Shown here: positions 40,301-51,925 of the stretch, piece after piece
How positions within the stretch are numbered: position 1 is the first letter of the stretch
Layout: each line of letters starts with the position of its first letter
Assembly (NCBI GenBank): GCA_965637545.1
Contig: OZ281496.1
Location: 2,790,001 to 2,854,000, forward strand
DNA from: Phallusia mammillata
Taxonomy: Eukaryota
Length of the DNA stretch: 64,000 nt
Direction of reading: 5' to 3'
Made by a program: the position numbers and the translations under genes
The notes under the pieces: generated by a model
What the model was told of the DNA's origin: nothing
Database searches by the model: none
The model's input: the letters and a program-made list of their open reading frames with translations, nothing else

Positions 40301-42797
40301 TTCGAAATGCTGTAATCGGTAACAGAAAAAAACACGAGATACAAGCATAAACAAGGCGACTTGTTTGTACACACGATGACTTTCTACAATATACGAACAG
40401 CATGTTACATTTTTATTCCTCAGGTTTTTGGACAAAATATGTTAAATTTTCTTACATTGCTTATAATTGTCACGTGGTTCGTTTCAGCGTTACGTTTCTA
40501 TTATGCTAATGCTAATTCTGATGCAAATGCATTTCGTCAGAATAATCGCTGTTGAACATTGTGATGCAACGATACGAATTTCACTAAAAAGGTACAAGCC
40601 TATATTTGAGTGTAAATCAACTCGTCTCCCTCCAATCAGCTAGCGTTTAATCACCGACTAATTGATTGTCTCTGTTTGTTATGAGATTGAGTTGCATTCC
40701 CTCTGGGGATTTCACATTTTACCTGACGATAGCAATAGAAACCGCTAAAATTTTGTAACGTTTCACAGTCACATATTGGCTTGCATCTTCTTGCTGAAAA
40801 TTCGTATAACTGATAATGGAAGTGGTGAAACTGAAAACAACATTTCGCATTTTGCTTTCTAACCAACATTCAAAAATCGATATTTTGAAGATATTCCTAA
40901 GTTGAACGAACAAGCATTAAACTTGAACCCTGCAAGTGCAGAAGACTTGGAATCGATTGAAAGTTTACTGCTGAACAGAGCAAGAAACATAAAACCTGGA
41001 GATAAAATCGAAGAAAATCATGACAACTCCCAATTATGCATAGAACTAGTCAATCAAAATAAAACGGAATACAACTCAAACCTTCAACTTGGATCAACTC
41101 ACATCGACTTCACCTTACAAACATACGAGACAAGACGTCTCGTGGTTGCAGTGTTTGTCTTCAAGACAAACACAACAGTAACCGCACAGACTGAAACTAC
41201 CGAATCCGGTTCTCTCGCCACAACGCAGTACATAGCTACCTTGAACACAACCTACATCGCTATAGTTGGTTGGAACGCAGATAGCATCCTGAACTCACGT
41301 CGCAAACGATCGTCTACCGATCAAGTCACCGATCAACTTCCTGGAAATGTAACTTTCATTGGACCCCCAACGTCACCAAAGATTTTCTGTACGGAAATCA
41401 TAGCCCAAAAGAAACACGAGACAAACCTGATGATCAACAAACTGGAACCAATCTGTCTCTTCTTCGATAGAGTTGAAAAGAAGTACTCAAATCGTGGTTG
41501 CGAAACAATTACTGATGACGTAACAGGCAACGTCACTTGCAAGTGCAACCATCTCACTCTTTTCACCGTTCTACTTGCGGTCCAATCCACCAAAATACCA
41601 AAAGGCGTTAAGGTAAACATTCAGCCGAATAGTTTAACTAACAGACAATAACAAGCCATAAATATTTGTTTTTAGATTACATCTTACACCACTGAATCAG
41701 CATCCATCATTTTTCTGGTCGCCACCATAATAATCCTCTACAAGTCGAAACACAGCGGAGATCGGGTTCCGGTTCAAATCAACTTGTCTTTGGCTCTGCT
41801 GATCTTCCACGTCATCAACATATCACATGATCTTGCCGTCTTAAATGAGGTTACTTGTGTGATGGTGACAGCTGTCAATCAATATCTGTTGCTGTCTTTA
41901 GGTGAGTAGAAAACTAAGTCATTTTAAGCATTAAAAATCTGTCAATGGCGCTACGCGTGATTGTCGACTAAACAAAACTCGTCAAAGCAGCTAATTTGAG
42001 ATAACCCTGTGGTATTCAACGCATTGTTTGTTTTAGGAATGTGGTTACTGGTGGAAGGAATTCGACTCTTCATGGCGACTTCGTTTCCAGTTGAGTTCCG
42101 AACTCAGGAATCATCGAAACGTCTAAAAATCTTTTTGGTGATTGGTTGGATTGTTCCCGCTTTTATAGTGGGAATATCTATGGCTGCGGGATTATCCCTT
42201 GGTATCTACATGAAGAACCAACCAATGTATGAGCAATGTAACGAGTTTATTCCGATTCTCAAGTACGACAGATGCTGGTTGACACCTGGTACTCCGATCT
42301 TCTACACAACGGTGGTCGCTCCTCTTGCTCTCGTCCTTCTCATCAACTTCGGGATTGTCCTGAAAACAACACATGTGATGCTGAACTCGAAAAAGATGCG
42401 GAACAGAGGAGAAGATCCAGGCACAGGAGATGCGTTGAGAGCAGCAAAGTCTTTTTTCCTACTGTTTCTGATGCTCGGTGGAACTTGGGCATTGGCTTTC
42501 TTTACAGGTGAGTTTGTCCACACACATATACATTTTAGGAGTTAGATTGATTACTTTAGCTGGTGATTTGAATTTAATAAACCTATATCGTATGTTTCAG
42601 GAATCGGGAACGAGATTTCGAACGAGGTGTTCATGTACATGCACAGCTTGGTGAACGGTTTGCAGGGAATCGTCGTCTTTCTGCTGTACTGCGTCATGGA
42701 TGACGACACCAGACAGGAAATCATGTTGCGCATGTGCAGTGCTGGTATCGGGCCGGAGCAGCAGGTTACAGCTAATCCACAAAGAGTCGAAACTTAA
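37385..42797 (+). CDS. Adhesion GPCR, copy 3
   Basis: Same exon set. ATG 37385, GAIN exon 40891-41612, stop 42795-42797. Exon 2 has an extra Cys (YSNKNCTC); no homologue of the second Thr-rich exon was found. Confidence 0.88.
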
Positions 42798-45584
42798 AAT
42801 TATAGCTGAGGTCAAAGTTTAAACCAAGAAGGGGGTGAAAGTTCAAACAAGTAGTTTTCTTTGATGTCTTCATTGTTTTGGTTATTTTTATTCTCTCTGT
42901 ATTTGTAGTTATCTGAATTTAGTATTTTTAAACAACGATGTTGCTTGTAAACCAATTTTGACATTAGTGTTGTTTCTAGAATAATTCGTTGCATTTAGTT
43001 CGAGGTAAGCTCTTAAAAAGTCATTCAACGAAGCCTCGTGCATGAGCTATGAACCAAACCAAAATCTTTGTTTGATACTTGCAAGAGCAAATAGTAACTA
43101 CGTAAGCACTGTTTTCTCTTCTGTTCAAAAAGAACTTAGAAAGTCCACAGAACCACTTCCATTTCTTGCGTAACTTTTCCTCTAACCAAGCAAAACATGT
43201 CGCTATTGATAGAACCAGTCTCAATTCGATCATATTAACTCTTTCGAAACTTTCAAACACGGGTGTGACACGCTATACACGCGATATTTTGCTTTGTTGG
43301 AAAAAGTAGGGATAAAATGGCAGTGGTTTTGTGGACTTTTATACTTCTTTATGCAGTACTCAGTTCTTTTTACCAAGGCTTTTGTGTAATGAACCACTGG
43401 TGATGTTATAAGCCACCATTTTAACACTGTAGTGGTATAATTTCTTATTTTTCTATTTTCTCTGGCGTGTACAGTTGCATGCATTTTGAGCTGCTATTTC
43501 ATGGTAATTGTTGACGAGTTGATTCGCAGTTAATGACAAAACATTTCTAGTTCCTCTTGTCCGCCTGTTCAGCGGCTTCAGTATACGTAACATTTTTTGG
43601 AATTCGTTGACAATAGTACAGGAATGATTCTTGTATGCGTTGTTTGTATCGTGTTGATAAGCTAAGTGTGAACATTGCATTAACATCATGCAAAATGTTA
43701 TTCAACTCTACTAACAGTTGTAACACAATCCCTTTTTTTTTGCTTTACATAGCTGTCCCTTCCTTGCCAGTTTGGAGTGGAAGTTTTGATACAATATCAT
43801 TGTTTCGTGCCAGCCAGAGTTCTTCCTGTGTCGAAAACCAACTAGTTTTGATTAGGAGAAACACTACAATGTGTACAGTGGCATTTGAGGTTACCCCCGA
43901 AAAGGTTGAAAACGCAAACACTAACTTTAGATATGGCATCTTTTTTTCCCAACAAACTGACTAATTCATCACGTGTGGGAACAAAACAACAAACCAGCAC
44001 ACGATTAAACAGACCAATCCAATCCCCAAAACGCTATTGTAAGTCAAAATCCAACGATATGAGACACATGGCTAACAATTTACTGAACCATTAAGGCGTA
44101 CATTTACCACTATACCCAGTTTAAGTCTCAAAATTGTAAAAATACCACCGCACGACAGCCACGTCCCAATACCACCGCACGGTGAACTATACTACGTTAA
44201 ATATTACAAACGCGACGGTTGGCGACAAACGCGAATAATCGAAAAATAGTTTGAATCTCGTCAAAACATCTTCAGCTTCAGTTTTCGACGAATGGATTTT
44301 GCTAAAAAACGGAGTGAGTATTATGAAATACGAAGCACCGAATGTGTTAAAAAACGAAAAAAGACGTGGTTTCCAACACAACGACAGCAGACAGTGGCAA
44401 GGACAAATGTTAACGAACTTTACCTTACAGCCCAAAATGTGGTAAAAAATATAATATATAAACTGACACCAGGTGACGCACGCGGTCAACGAAGTATTCA
44501 GGTATCATGTGAAGAGGTCTGTGGGTAGATGTTTAAACAGTCTTGTTGTCAATAAATAGTGCTTTTGGATTTATTTCGTCTCCCACAATCATTAATTATG
44601 AAAACCCATAACTTTCAAGAAATCGAAGAGCAGTTATATCCAAATTTTCTATGAGCAAATCAATTTTAATCAAAATAATCGTGTTTTTGTTAAGTGGCAA
44701 GTTATGGTGTCACATGTGACAAATCTTCGTAGTTGTTGGGTTGTTGCATATTACACCACAGTATCAACTTTCGGTTGCCAACACAATAATCCTATAGAGG
44801 TTCAATTCTAAGGGTACACTTAATTGTAGGAAAAAGTGGTACAAAGGAAAAACATTAAATTCTATACTTATTTTGTAAAAGTTGTTCGTACTGTTCTGTT
44901 GCAGAAAATAGCATTTTATCTATTCCTACTGAAACAAAGCTATAACAACAGCTGATTTCCTCTCAAACATGTTCGCACGATTTCCGTTAAAGCTTCGTGA
45001 AAAATAGCTTGTTTTGCCCTTACAGGAAATGTTCGAACCATGTAAAAGCTGGCAGTGCATTGACCATCATACCTAGACCAAATTCTATCTCGTTTAAACA
45101 ACTATGTAATGAAAACACATTAACATGACGAAATCACCATCAACATTCAAACTTACAAATTGGGATTACAGAACTAAATGGTCCTTTTTTATAGTATTCA
45201 TAGCTTTGCAATATGGGTGTCGAATAGGGTTGGTTTTCACTAAACAACCAAGGATTGTGCAGTTTTTGCGTGCACGACTTTGCACTCCTAAAACGGATTT
45301 CCTATCGAATTTCGTGCTGCAGCCTTTCGTGCTTATTCCATGCACGACCATATCCGCATGCGAGTAGTAACTATAATAAGTGATAAGTTTCACTGTAGCT
45401 GTGCCAACATTTTTCAACTTTGTAAGCAAGGATAACAATTTAGGTTACCAGATGGCATAAGTCATTGAGGTAGTTAAAATAATAATTTTCCAGACTTATT
45501 TTACGATTGTTTGACCATAGAAGTTACAATTCGTTGCCAGTAGTGAATAAACCAAACCTTACATGTAAAAACAGCTATGAAGCT

Positions 45585-45773
45585 ATCACTAACGACTGGA
45601 GGCAGTCAGAAATGCATTGGTTTCGTTTTTTCACGGGAATTGTTGATGTTTTTCGCGTGTGTGCAGATATGAATAAAGATATCATTTTCGCTAAAGCCCC
45701 CATATGGGAAATGTTCATATCGTTTAGAAGCCGACAGAGAGTTGATCAACCAAGAATCTGCAAAGAAAATAGT
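45585..45773 (+). promoter_or_regulatory. Conserved upstream module of subfamily 1 genes (representative copy)
   Basis: Core gactggaggaagtcagaaatgcttaggtttcatttttgatatcaattgttgttg...cgcgtgtttgcagtttt...atgggaaatgttcatatcgtttagaagccgacag precedes exon 1 of B, C, D, E, F, G, H, I and J. Orphan copies occur near 5100, 7090, 7340 and 17510. Regulatory role is inferred only. Confidence 0.5.
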
Positions 45774-46331
45774 ATGAAGAAATCATCAGTAATGTCCAAA
45801 GCATGCTTGATGTTGTTTATTGTTGCCTTTGTCTTGCCAAGTTATTCAGCTACAGCACAGGTATAGTTGTGTTAACTGCTAATACTTTGGAGATACATAA
45901 CTTTTGCTGGGACACCAGTCTTTTGTGGTCTTAGTGCTAGTAACCCTGTGCTTGACTGTACGATGTATGTAATGAAACCCGCTTCAAGCTTTCAATGTCG
46001 TGCATGTAACAAAACACACGACAAAACTGGATACGGGACTATTGATACACTGGATTGGACACTGGATTATTAATTTCTTGATTAAAGTTGGTGTTTATAA
46101 TGTGTTTACAGACAAACTGCTATTGCGCAGAGAATTGCGCTGACTTTGGATTGACACCAAGTAAGCAAATTTCTTAACCACGAAACACTATTTTACTTTT
46201 TAAAATTTTGGGTTTTGATCATCCATTAAATTCAAAATTGTTCATTTTTTGCAGTGTTTAGCAACTGTCTAATGTGTAAAGCTCAAGGGCGTTGCGGTCC
46301 TCAAGATGAAAAGCAAACAAACACAAAATAA
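45774..46331 (+). CDS. Cys-rich secreted peptide, subfamily 1, copy H (intact, 70 aa)
   Basis: Exons 45774-45860, 46112-46160, 46255-46331. Product MKKSSVMSKACLMLFIVAFVLPSYSATAQTNCYCAENCADFGLTPMFSNCLMCKAQGRCGPQDEKQTNTK*; AATAAA a few nt after the stop. Confidence 0.88.
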
Positions 46332-46519
46332 AACCAATAAATAAAATGTGTTTTGGGTGTAATAAAACACAGATGACTGTTTACAGTTTGTAGAAATAAA
46401 AGTATGCTAAATGTCAGGGTGGATGAGTTACAGAATTATTGCAGCAGATTTGGGAATTCTGCTAAAAGATCTTTCAAGTGGCGACAAAACAATAGGCTTC
46501 ATTCGTGCTGTAAGTAATA

Positions 46520-48320
46520 TCTTAGTGACTGTATATACTCCGCTGTATGTATGAAATGAATGACAACGCAGGGGCAAAGATCTTGAGAAAGTCGTTTACG
46601 GAAGTGTTAAACGTGATTATACTAATTTTGTCCATAAAAGACAAAAAAAACTTGTTGAAAAACAATTTGCTGTATGATTTCTATACTTGAGGCTGTTAAC
46701 GCATAGATGGCACCAGGTTATATGTAATGAAATATTGAAAAAAGTTTGAAATGTTTGCGAAACAATTGAAAACGCATTAAGCTAAATTAAATGAAATTAA
46801 ATAAAATTCATAATGCAATAAAAGTGTTTTTTTTTGCTCGTCTGTTTAGTTAAAACAACACAACAGTGCACCCCTAGCATTTCAGGTTGTACACAAAAGA
46901 TAAGTTTCCGTTTATTGTTTTGGTTTACAGCTAATCACAATAGTATTTCAATGTAATTAGGAATTCATTTTCCTTTCAATCGATTTGGTCGTCCCCAGGG
47001 TTTGTAGACAGGGCCAGACCAGGTGTAGCAGAATCCACGCCTTCTGCAGAATATGCACAACCATTTTCCTGTACAATACAATAATGTGCAAGATAGTCGG
47101 AAAAAAGACTGACACAAAATCGATCATCTGTTCAAAATATGAAAAAAGAGAAATAAGTAAAATCACGAAAAACTGAAGAAATTTTTGCCCATCAGACAAA
47201 AAATCAAACCAACATAAGACTAAGAAAACAAGTGCAGTTACACACATATTAACTTACTACAAAAAGAGAAACATAGAATACAAAAACAACACAAACAAAA
47301 AAGGGGCAGAAAGTACACTGATAGGACAACGCCATAGCAACAGAAATAAAACATGCAAATTTAAGTAAAATGTATGGGAACACAAAACCTGACAAGCAAT
47401 ACGGTTCTATTTACCAAATATTGACAAGTTGGTGGAGCAATTACGGCGACAATACCTTTTGCAATACCAAGGTCTTCTTGCCTAAAAATCACATTTTCAA
47501 TGCTGTATACTACTGTATACAATCGCATTAATAACTTATTAAAAAAAAACTGTACAACTACATTTTTAACATAAAGACAAAAACAACAACTTACCATTGT
47601 AACACTTACACACAGAAATAACAGAAACAGGACAACCAGTTTCATTGCTTCTTTCCTATTACGTCTTTGTACTTACTATAGTGTGTAGATCTTGCAGGAT
47701 CTTTATAATATATACAAACATCTTAATAGCATCGTATACGGAAGTCTTAAACGTGAACCTACTCATTTCATTCACTAAAAATCGTGCACGATAAAACATG
47801 TGACAATCAAGTGTGAGCTATGATTTCTATACATGTCGCTTTTTTCGATTTCTATAGAATGATTTGTGCATGTACATTACTTTCGCAATTCAGGTTATTA
47901 AAAGTCTAGTACTTGGTGTATGAAATGTCGGATGGAATAACTCAAAAAATGTTAAATTGTTCAAAACGTTCAAAGCTGCTGGAGTAATTGGAACACTTAC
48001 CAACAGTTTTCAACTTTGTAGGCAAGGATAGCAATTTCAGTTATCAAATGGTAAAAGTCATTAAGTTAAAATGAAAATTTGTCAGGCATGTTTACAATGT
48101 TTTACGAGTTACAATTCGTTGCTAGTAGTGAATTCACTATCAAATAGACTAAACCTTACATGTGGAAACATGTTGCTATGAAGCAATCACTGACGACTGG
48201 AGGAAGGCAGAAATGCTTAGGTTTCGTTTTTGATATCAATTGTTGTTGTATTTCGCGTGTTTGGAATTTTTTCTATCAAGATATCCCTTATGCTAGAGCC
48301 CTCACATAAGAAATGTTCTT
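46520..48320 (+). repeat. Segmental duplication block, direct copy of about 15870-17610
   Basis: Near-identical sequence; here the module continues into exon 1 of copy I. Confidence 0.85.
46965..47645 (-). CDS. Cationic Cys-rich secreted peptide, subfamily 2, copy L (73 aa)
   Basis: Exons 47645-47595, 47481-47415, 47068-46965. Product MKLVVLFLLFLCVSVTMARRPWYCKRYCRRNCSTNLSIFGKWLCIFCRRRGFCYTWSGPVYKPWGRPNRLKGK*. Confidence 0.88.
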
Positions 48321-48376
48321 GTCGTATAAAGGCCAACAGCGAATTTGATTAACAAGGAATTTGCAAAGAAAACATT

Positions 48377-48451
48377 ATGCAGAAATCCAAAATATGTTTG
48401 ATGTTGTTTATTGTTGCCTTTGTCTTGACAAGTCAGTCAGCTACAGCAAAA
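48377..48451 (+). pseudogene. Cys-rich secreted peptide, subfamily 1, copy I (exon 1 only)
   Basis: 75-nt exon MQKSKICLMLFIVAFVLTSQSATAK (12-nt in-frame loss) with a phase-0 GT donor; intron 1 is truncated after about 40 nt. Confidence 0.65.
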
Positions 48452-49410
48452 GTAATATTGTGTTAACTGCTAATACTTTGCAGATGCGTGGACAAAAAAA
48501 GGTTAAGAACCGCTGCTTTAAAGCTTCGTGAAAAAATAGCTTGTTTTGCCCTTACAGGAACTGTTCGAACCATGTAAAAGCTGGCAGTGCACTGACCATT
48601 ATACCTAGACTTAAATGCAATCTGGCTTAAACAACAAGTAATGAAAACGCATTAACATGACGAAATCACCATCAACGGTCGAAACCTACTGAATGTTCTC
48701 ATATCTAGTCAAACAGCTTTTGCACTGATAAGAATGTATTTTTTTTCTGTAGGGCATTTATTACCAACCGTAATATTACCACACACATTGGGATTACAGA
48801 ACTAAATAGTCCTTTTTTACAGTATTCATAGCTATACAATATGGGTGTGGAACACGGTTGGTTTTTACTAACAACTAAGGATTGTAAAGTTTTGCGTGCA
48901 CGACTTTGCAAGCCGAAAACGGATTTCCTAGCGAATTTCGTGCTGCAGACTGCTTACATTCCGTACACGACTATATCCACACGCGAGTAGTGACCATAAT
49001 ATGTTGTAAACTGCACTGCGTTGTACTCTGTGTCAACATTTTTCAACTTTGTAAGCAAGGATAGCAATTTAAGTTACACATGGTAAAAGTCATTAGTTAA
49101 GGTGAAAATTTCTCGGGCATATTTGCAATGTTTTTCCGCAAAGTTACAATTCGTTGCTATGCAGTGAAATTATGTATCAAATAGACTAAACCTCACATGT
49201 GGAAACATGTTGCTATGAAGCTATCACTAACGACTGGAGGAAGTCAGAAATGCTTTGGTTTCATTTTTGATATCAATTGTTGTTGTTTTTCGCGTTTTTG
49301 CAGTTTTGTTTAAAGACATCCGTTTTGCGAAAGCCCCCATATGGGAAATGTTCATATCGTTTAGAAGCCGACAGAGAGTTGATTAACCAATAATCTGCAA
49401 AGAAAATAGT

Positions 49411-50214
49411 ATGAAGAAATCATCTGCAATGACCAAAGCTTGTTTGATGTTGTTTATTGCTGCTTTTGTCTTGTCAAGTCATTCAGCTACAGCACAGGTA
49501 AAGTTGTGTGAACTGCTAACACTTTGGAGATACATACACCAGTCTTTTGTGGTCTTAGTGCTAGTAACCCTATGCTTGACTGTACAAAGCATGTAAGGAA
49601 ACCCGCTTTAAGCTTTCAATGTCGTGCATGTAATAAGCGCTATGGTTGACTGCACGAAGTATGTATAAGGAAAACCGCATTAAGCTTTTAAGTCGTGTAT
49701 GTAACAAGCGCTATATGGTTGACTGCACGAAGCTTATTAGGAAACCCGCTTGCAAAGTCATGCATGTAACAAGCGCTATGGTTGACAGCACAAAGCTCGT
49801 TAGGAAACCTGCTTTTTGGCTGGTAAATTCCTACGCGTAGTCATGGTTAACTGCATGACGTTTGTTAGGAAATCTGCTTTAGGTGTGCAAAGTCGTACAT
49901 TTAACGAAACACACGACAAAACTGGACACGGGAGTATTGATACACTGGATTGGACACTGGATTATTAATGTTTTGATTAAATTTGGTGTTTATATTCTGT
50001 TTACAGACAAACTGCTATTGCGCTGACTTTGGATTGACACCAAGTAAGCAAATTTCTTAACCACGAAACACTATTTTACTTTTTAAAATTTTGGGTTTTG
50101 ATCATCCGTTAAATTCAAAATTGTTCATTTTTTGCAGTGTTTAGCAACTGTCTAATGTGTAAAGCTCAAGGGCGTTGCGGTCCTCAAGATGAAAAGCAAA
50201 CAAACACAAAATAA
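49411..50214 (+). CDS. Cys-rich secreted peptide, subfamily 1, copy J (66 aa, five Cys in the mature region)
   Basis: Exons 49411-49497, 50007-50043, 50138-50214. Product MKKSSAMTKACLMLFIAAFVLSSHSATAQTNCYCADFGLTPMFSNCLMCKAQGRCGPQDEKQTNTK*; a 12-nt in-frame deletion removes AENC. Confidence 0.8.
49575..49885 (+). repeat. Degenerate minisatellite (about 60-70-bp unit, about 5 copies) in intron 1 of copy J
   Basis: Repeated tggttgactgcacgaagc..gttaggaaacccgc core; copy number differs among paralogues (about 1 in H). Confidence 0.7.
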
Positions 50215-50569
50215 AACCAATAAATAAAATGTGTTTTGGGTGTAATAAAACACAGATGACTGTTTACAGTTTGTAGAAATAAAAGTATGCTAAATGTCAG
50301 GGTGGATGAGTTACAGAATTATTGCAGCAGATTTGGGAATTCTGCTAAAAGATCTTTCAAGTGGCGACAAAACAATAGGCTTCATTCGTGCTGTAAGTAA
50401 TATCTTAGTGACTCTATATACTACGCTGCATGCATAAATGAATGACAACGCAGGGGTAAAGATCTTGAGAAAGTCGTTTACGAAAGTAATAAACGTTATT
50501 CTACTATTTTTTTCATAAAAAACAAAAAAACTTGTTGAAAAACGATAGATTTACTAAGACCATAACTTA

Positions 50570-50845
50570 CGGTAGACCCAGATCAAGCTATTTTTGATAA
50601 GTGGCGCAAAAAAGCTGAATTATTATTTTGTGGCAAAAGAGGCGGTCGGGTTGGGAAGTCAGTTTTTGAAAATTTGTCAGCAGTAACTAAGTTTTATTGC
50701 CAGTTTCATTGAATTTTAAATGCTAATACCTTACCCCGACCCTAATTGCCCTAACCGTGAGCATTTTAGTAGATATAACGTTTTGAATGGGTTAAAAGTG
50801 CTCTTTGCGCCACCTATTAAAAATGAGCAAAATGTGGGTCCACCG
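50570..50845. mobile_element. MITE, same family as 63545-63815
   Basis: Inverted ends tttttgataagtggcgcaaa / tttgcgccacctattaaaaa. Confidence 0.65.
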
Positions 50846-51089
50846 TGATGTATGGTGTTAGTAGATTTTCTTCGAAAAAACAGTCTGTAGCAATTTTATG
50901 CTTAAGGCTCTTAACATATCGATGACATCAGGTTATATGTATTAAAATATTAAAAATATTTTCAAATGTTTGTGAAATAATTTAAAGCGCAGCAAGCTAA
51001 ATGACCATTGGGCAAAATTTAAACAAATTAATAATGTTTTAAAAGCGTTTTTGTCCTTTTAAACACACCTAACTAAACGTGATATTAAT

Positions 51090-51316
51090 GCCAGCCCCAT
51101 TAATGGCGTAAAACCGAGTCAAGCCGGTCTTCCAAGCATTCCTATATGGCGAGGCACAGACTAGAAAAAATCTACTCGAACATACGACAGGAGACTTTCC
51201 GGGACTCGCGCTCTACCAACTGAGCTACACCGGCTCAGTGGAGAATCACAAGCACCGTTGCCTGCTTTTCATGCTGCACATGTCAGCTTCGTAGTAGGGG
51301 ATCGCTAGTTCGACCA
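51090..51316 (-). mobile_element. tRNA-derived element, partial
   Basis: Minus strand reads gccggtgtagctcagttggtagagcgcgagtcccggaaagtctcctgtcgtatgttcgag followed by the family tail; the spacer matches 11300-11365. Confidence 0.65.
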
Positions 51317-51925
51317 TTTTTCATTATCAAAGGACTGTTCTCAGAAATGAGAATGTAATTTAAAAATGTTACAACAATCCGTTCTCCAGTGATTTGCATG
51401 GCAGTGCAACTAAGTATAAAAAAGGTTTCTAGTTGGTTCTTTCTTTAGCACATATTCTTCTGTGATAGCTGTTGAGGATTTAAAACGAAACGTTCTTGTG
51501 GCAAAAACTCTATTAAAGAAAAAAAAAAAAAAACACCAACAGCAATAAAAAAAACTTGAAATATGCAAAACAACAATAAAGAAATCTCTCTTTTTGAACA
51601 ATGGTGTTGTAACAGCATGGTTTATTTTCTATCGTTTGGGATGGGGTTGAAATTAATTAAATTTTAATTAATTAAAGAGCCTAAATGCTACATATAACTT
51701 AGTGCTATCGAAATTATGGTAATCCCATGCGTAAAAATCATGTTTCAAGTCATGTTTTCGATACGTTTAGCGTTTTTTTTTTTTTTTTTTGTTGTGATAA
51801 ATTAGTACATTCACGTTTATTGTTTCGGCGAATGACTCTAAAAGCTGTTTACGATCAAGACATTATTCATTGCAAACGTACTGTTGAAAGGGACGCTTGT
51901 ACATTACTTCAGGAATATAGAAATA

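Noticed and set aside
49575-49885. CRISPR-like repeat-spacer array
   Set aside because: Degenerate units without unique spacers, located in a spliceosomal intron, with no cas genes.
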